Source of the DNA: a virus
Length of the DNA stretch: 64,000 nucleotides
IMG/VR virus record: IMGVR_UViG_3300031772_000002
Location: 1 to 64,000 of that record
Strand: one strand, 5' to 3'
The notes beneath the pieces are model-generated. The model saw only the letters and a list, made by a program, of their open reading frames with translations. It searched no databases and had not been told where the DNA came from. Both the position numbers and the translations under genes were made by a program. This document shows, one piece after another, positions 59,631-64,000 of the stretch; the stretch's first letter is position 1, and each line of letters starts with the position of its first letter.

Positions 59631-60781
59631 TATTGGATAATTTGATTATCAATTTTAGAATCTTTTATATATTTACAATTAACATCAAAATATTTAATTA
59701 TATGTTGTATAATTTTTTTAGAAGCGTCTCCATATCCATACATATTATTTATATAATTTAATTTATTATTATTAATATCATTTAGAGTTAAATATATTGC
59801 ATGAATTATTTGTTCAATATGATTGGGATTAACAATTTTATTCCAACCTAATTCAACAGTTTCAGTCCATTCTGTTTCTTCACGTAAAGTAACACAGGGT
59901 ACTTTATGAAAATAAGCTTCCTTTTGTATTCCCCCAGAATCAGTAATAATTAAATTTGCATTATTCTCAAGAGATATCATATCAAAAAATCCAACTGGTT
60001 CTATAATCAAAATATTTGACATAAGTGAGGTGTAATTAAAATGATAAATCATCTTGCTGGTACGAGGATGCATAGGTAAAATTATATTAATTTTTTTTGC
60101 AAGAGTATTTAAAATTGTAAATATATTAAATAATTTATCTTTATTGTCAACATTTTCAGCCCTATGTATTGTAGCAAGAATATAATTTTTACTTTTTATA
60201 TTTAGATCGGTTAATATTTTGCTTATTTTATTTGCTTTGTTAGTATATTTTAATGCTATATCATACATTACATCTCCAACATAAAAAACATTTTTATTAA
60301 TTTTTTCTTCTTCTAAATTATTAGAAGCTAAACTGGTAGGGGTAAAAAGTAATGTAGATAATTTATCAGTAATAATTCTATTTTTTTCTTCTAGCATTCT
60401 TATATTATAACTTCTTAAACCTGCTTCAATATGTGCTATTGGAATGTTTAATTGAGATGAGATTAAAGCACCAGCTAAAGTGGAATTAGTATCTCCATAT
60501 AATAATACTAAATCTGGTTTTTCTACACAAAGAATTTCTTCTATACCTATCATCATTTTTCCAATTTGATTTCCATATGATTTTTCAATAATATTAAGAT
60601 TATATTTTGGTTTAGGTATATTAAGTTCTTCAAAAAATAATTTAGACATATTTTCATTATAATGTTGACCAGTGTTTAATATTATTTCATTAAGTAAAGA
60701 TTCTTTTTTAATTTCTTCCGATATAATTGAAGCTTTTATAAACTGAGGTCTAGTTCCAATTATAGTAATAATTTTTTTCAT
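59630..60781 (-). CDS. wecB: UDP-N-acetylglucosamine 2-epimerase (non-hydrolysing)
   Basis: GTRPQFIK, TGQH, GDTNSTL, HIEAGLRS, TIHRAEN, TDSGGIQKEA. Confidence 0.95.
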   Translation of the reverse strand: MKKIITIIGTRPQFIKASIISEEIKKESLLNEIILNTGQHYNENMSKLFFEELNIPKPKYNLNIIEKSYGNQIGKMMIGIEEILCVEKPDLVLLYGDTNSTLAGALISSQLNIPIAHIEAGLRSYNIRMLEEKNRIITDKLSTLLFTPTSLASNNLEEEKINKNVFYVGDVMYDIALKYTNKANKISKILTDLNIKSKNYILATIHRAENVDNKDKLFNIFTILNTLAKKINIILPMHPRTSKMIYHFNYTSLMSNILIIEPVGFFDMISLENNANLIITDSGGIQKEAYFHKVPCVTLREETEWTETVELGWNKIVNPNHIEQIIHAIYLTLNDINNNKLNYINNMYGYGDASKKIIQHIIKYFDVNCKYIKDSKIDNQIIQ

Positions 60782-60852
60782 TCAAATCCTTTCAATTAAT
60801 TAATTTAATAATTAAAAAAAGACTTAATTATATAATTTAATTAAATCTTTTT

Positions 60853-60935
60853 TTGACATACCCCCCGTCCTGAAGAACGAGGATTCCTGAGACTTATCGA
60901 GTCCCGCAGCCAATATATTATTTGCAGCATTTATA
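60853..60935 (-). mobile_element. Orphan tnpB 3' tip plus right end (omegaRNA-scaffold-like remnant)
   Basis: Encodes INAANNILAAG then GGAATCCTCGTTCTTCAGGACGGGGGGTATGTCAA. Confidence 0.7.
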
Positions 60936-60968
60936 TAATTATACCAGATTTTTATTTTAAATAACATA

Positions 60969-61988
60969 TTATAATCCATGTTGGATTAAATAATCATTCG
61001 ATATTACTTTAAAAGATATTTTATCATTATTATAATAAAGTCTAAACACCATTCCTTCTTGAAAATAATTTGGAGATAATTTACTTTTTGTATTAGCTAA
61101 TGATAATAATTCATCGCAAGAATGATTAAGTATAAAATTATCATTAATTATAGGAACCATTTTTAAACCTAAATTTTTTACAAATTCTATCATTTCATCA
61201 AGTAATAAATATTTACTATTTAAAATATCAAAAACATAAAAACTAAAAAAATCAACATCTTTTAATTTAAGTCTATTTTTTTGAATACCAGGCCCGGAAG
61301 TTTCTCCTTGAATTGCATAACCATTTGGAAATTTATTTGAAAGATCATATTTTTTAGCTAATATCCAAAAAATATTTTTGTTACTTTCTTTAAATTCATA
61401 ATTATGCCCACAGACCCCAAATGCATTATCATATTTATAAAAAGTTGAAGAAGTGCCATCAATTTTTTCAGTAATATAAAATCTATTGTTTTTATATAAT
61501 TCTAATAAAGGAATACAATTTTGTATTCTTTCTTCATTAGTTATAGGTATAAAACCAGGCATCCTTCCTTTTGCATCTCCAGATATACTTGCGTCTAAAG
61601 GAGGATTGTATTTATAAATATTTAAAATTTCAGACACATCGGTATTTGTTTCAATATCTTTATTAATTTCAGGAAATACACTTAATGGAAGAGCAAGCCC
61701 TTGAGATATTTGACCTTTTAATTTAATAGTTTTTAAACGATAACCTTCAACTTCTTTTCCATTATCAATTATACTTTTTTTAAGTGTAGAACCTTTATTC
61801 ATAAAACTATATTGTTCAACATTTGGAAGCAATGAATCAATTTCATGATATATACATTTATCACCAACTTTAAATTCATTTTTTCTTACAACACATTTCC
61901 ATCCTTTTATATAAACCATTTCTATATTATCTGCCCCTTCTATTGAAGTCAGATTATTAATAACCTGAATAGTAGCAAGTCTTCTCAT
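60969..61988 (-). CDS. ATP-dependent RNA ligase, DRB0094/Rnl2-like
   Basis: LATIQ..IEGADNIE, SQGL, TEKIDGTS (KxDG), QGE, EGMVF, FKVIS. Confidence 0.88.
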   Translation of the reverse strand: MRRLATIQVINNLTSIEGADNIEMVYIKGWKCVVRKNEFKVGDKCIYHEIDSLLPNVEQYSFMNKGSTLKKSIIDNGKEVEGYRLKTIKLKGQISQGLALPLSVFPEINKDIETNTDVSEILNIYKYNPPLDASISGDAKGRMPGFIPITNEERIQNCIPLLELYKNNRFYITEKIDGTSSTFYKYDNAFGVCGHNYEFKESNKNIFWILAKKYDLSNKFPNGYAIQGETSGPGIQKNRLKLKDVDFFSFYVFDILNSKYLLLDEMIEFVKNLGLKMVPIINDNFILNHSCDELLSLANTKSKLSPNYFQEGMVFRLYYNNDKISFKVISNDYLIQHGL

Positions 61989-62318
61989 TTAACCTTCCTT
62001 TTTTTTAATTTTATATTTTGATTTAATCAACTTAATCATTTTTTCATTTTTTAACACAAATTCTCCCATTCGACAATTAGTATTTTTTCGTTCTATTTGT
62101 ACATAATTAAAACACGGAGTTTTTTTATACCAAGGGAATTTATGAATGCCACATAAAAATTCCCCTGGAACATTACCTGTAATATGTCTGCATCTTTGAT
62201 TTGTAGGTTTATATTCAATATTTTCTTCTCTCTCAACACTTTTTCGTGGACCCAAATTTTTTAATACTATTACGACATCATATGTTATACAACAATATCC
62301 ACAATGCAAGCAGATCAT
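61989..62318 (-). CDS. YkgJ-like CxxCxxCC protein
   Basis: CLHCGYCC..CRH..CGIH; start moved to MICL. Confidence 0.6.
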   Translation of the reverse strand: MICLHCGYCCITYDVVIVLKNLGPRKSVEREENIEYKPTNQRCRHITGNVPGEFLCGIHKFPWYKKTPCFNYVQIERKNTNCRMGEFVLKNEKMIKLIKSKYKIKKKEG

Positions 62319-62347
62319 TTTATTACCTCTTATTAGTGAACAAAATA

Positions 62348-62602
62348 TCAAACAAGCAACGAGGGGCACAACCTTACTTCCTCAGCCTCCCCATTCATTA
62401 ATACTAAACTTTTGATATTTATAAATTTACTTTTAGAGGAATTTATATAACTTGCAAACCAAATTTTATAACCCCTCTTTTCATAAGATATTTTTAGTTT
62501 CTTTATATATTCACAAGCTTCTTTTACAGATTTTATATCAATTGCATATCCTATGTCTCGCGATCCGTCTTTATCTATTATTCCCCAATATAATTTTCCC
62601 AT
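62348..62602 (-). CDS. Hypothetical protein, paralog of 63544
   Basis: MGKLYWGIIDKD..YEKRGYKIWFA. Confidence 0.65.
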   Translation of the reverse strand: MGKLYWGIIDKDGSRDIGYAIDIKSVKEACEYIKKLKISYEKRGYKIWFASYINSSKSKFINIKSLVLMNGEAEEVRLCPSLLV

Positions 62603-62677
62603 ATTTTCCTCCTAAATGTCAATTCTATTATTGCTTTGATTGAGTATAAAAGTATCATCGTGGTTTAATCCTTAGTT

Positions 62678-63349
62678 TTATTCTATTTTTTCTATTATTG
62701 TTCCATAAATAACTCCTAAATAAATATAATGGAGTCTTTTATATTCTTGCATGACAGTTGAGCGATACTCTCCAATATAAGTTTTGTCGCTTACTATTTT
62801 GACAGATACTAAAGGTCCCCCAATATATTTTTTTACAGCTATTTCAAGAAGGGAATCAACTTCTTTTAATGTGGTATCGCTTTTGATATTTTCAGAAAAA
62901 TATGTGAATCCAATAACTAGATTAATCAATTCATTCCACAGAGTTATGTTCTCCACATATTTAATACCTAATTTACTAGCAATCTCTTTACCGGTTGATT
63001 CAAGAATTTGAGCAATTCCTTTTGCTCCTTTTTCTGATCTTAATCCAACTTCAAAATTGGACTCGATTCTAATTAATGCTGGATAAATTTCCCAAGGAAC
63101 ATTATAAATTGCTGAAAAATCTTCAAAAATATATGAATAATATTTTGCCTCATACGAAGACAGTTTTGGATATGCTATAATTAAAGATTTTTGCATATTC
63201 AATAACTTCTGTTCTTTGTCCTTGTATTGTTCAATTTTCTTTTCATAAATTTGACAATTGCATTGTTTATGTGAAAAATATTTATTATACCATATATAAT
63301 ATGTTGATAAAAAAATAACTATAAAACTTATAATTAAAAAATATTTCAT
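62678..63349 (-). CDS. Membrane-anchored lytic transglycosylase (SLT domain)
   Basis: N-terminal TM; ALIRIESNF, SEKGAKGIAQI. Confidence 0.8.
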   Translation of the reverse strand: MKYFLIISFIVIFLSTYYIWYNKYFSHKQCNCQIYEKKIEQYKDKEQKLLNMQKSLIIAYPKLSSYEAKYYSYIFEDFSAIYNVPWEIYPALIRIESNFEVGLRSEKGAKGIAQILESTGKEIASKLGIKYVENITLWNELINLVIGFTYFSENIKSDTTLKEVDSLLEIAVKKYIGGPLVSVKIVSDKTYIGEYRSTVMQEYKRLHYIYLGVIYGTIIEKIE

Positions 63350-63543
63350 TATTATAATTCCTTAGTTAAAAATTTATATAAAAATAATTTTATGGCTTAT
63401 TGCCCATTGTGCATTATATAATTCATTAGTACTTTTATTAATTTTTTCCCGAATACATTCATTTAATAATGTTTCAAATTCTTCTATTTCTACTGTATTG
63501 AGAGTTCCGTTATTTATATTAATTCTAATTTTAAATTTAATTA

Positions 63544-63762
63544 TCATAAGCATTCCTTTCTTTTGATATTTATAAATTTACTTTCAGGAGAATCTTTATA
63601 GTTTGCAAACCAAATTTTATAACCCCTTTTTTCATAAAATATTTTTAGTTTTTTTATACGTTTACAAGCTTCTTTTAAAGATTTTACATAAATTAAATCG
63701 CCTACATCTCGCGATCCGTATGAATTGTCTTTGTCAACTATTCCCCAATGTAATTTCCCCAT
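63544..63762 (-). CDS. Hypothetical protein, paralog of 62348
   Basis: MGKLHWGIVDKD..YEKRGYKIWFA. Confidence 0.65.
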   Translation of the reverse strand: MGKLHWGIVDKDNSYGSRDVGDLIYVKSLKEACKRIKKLKIFYEKRGYKIWFANYKDSPESKFINIKRKECL

Positions 63763-64000
63763 ATTTTTCTCCTATAAATTATTTTTTTTTAATTTCATTA
63801 ACTATTTTAAATTTCCATTCAAAATTAAGTTTAATATTATCTTTAATTAACTCTTTAATAGAAATATAACCTAATTCAAATGTTTCTTCTAAATTATACA
63901 TTCCAAAAGCTTCTGTTTGATTTTCTTTATTATCTTTTTCTATTATATACCAATTAATTATTGTAAGACTAGAAGGTAAATTTTTAAAATAATGCAGATA

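Noticed and set aside
1-64000. Stop-codon reassignment
   Set aside because: Long genes are intact in code 11 and TAA, TAG and TGA all end genes

Overview
AT-rich segment of a large, probably uncharacterised contractile-tailed (myovirus-like, jumbo-type) dsDNA phage in the standard genetic code. Left to right: a partial FISUMP-domain gene and a solo TnpB; a single-ORF beta-beta' fused RNA polymerase with a LAGLIDADG intein just after the catalytic DFDGD; an IS607 element with a Fanzor-like TnpB; a translationally coupled minus-strand operon (DHH phosphoesterase, retron-type reverse transcriptase, RNase HI, 71-aa ORF) flanked on both sides by structured non-coding segments; a + strand morphogenesis block (terminase, SNF2 helicase, putative head proteins sharing a K-x-A/S motif, protease, scaffold, a glycosyl/methyltransferase island, major capsid, neck, endolysin, sheath, tube); then a minus-strand early/accessory region with small ORFs ending inside attC-like palindromes, wecB flanked by orphan IS200/IS605 right ends, an RNA ligase and an SLT. 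The best candidates for a new system are the RT-RNase H-DHH-ncRNA locus (15929-19538) and the attC-like cassette array (52083-57602). All calls come from reading motifs by eye; no database search or RNA folding was run.
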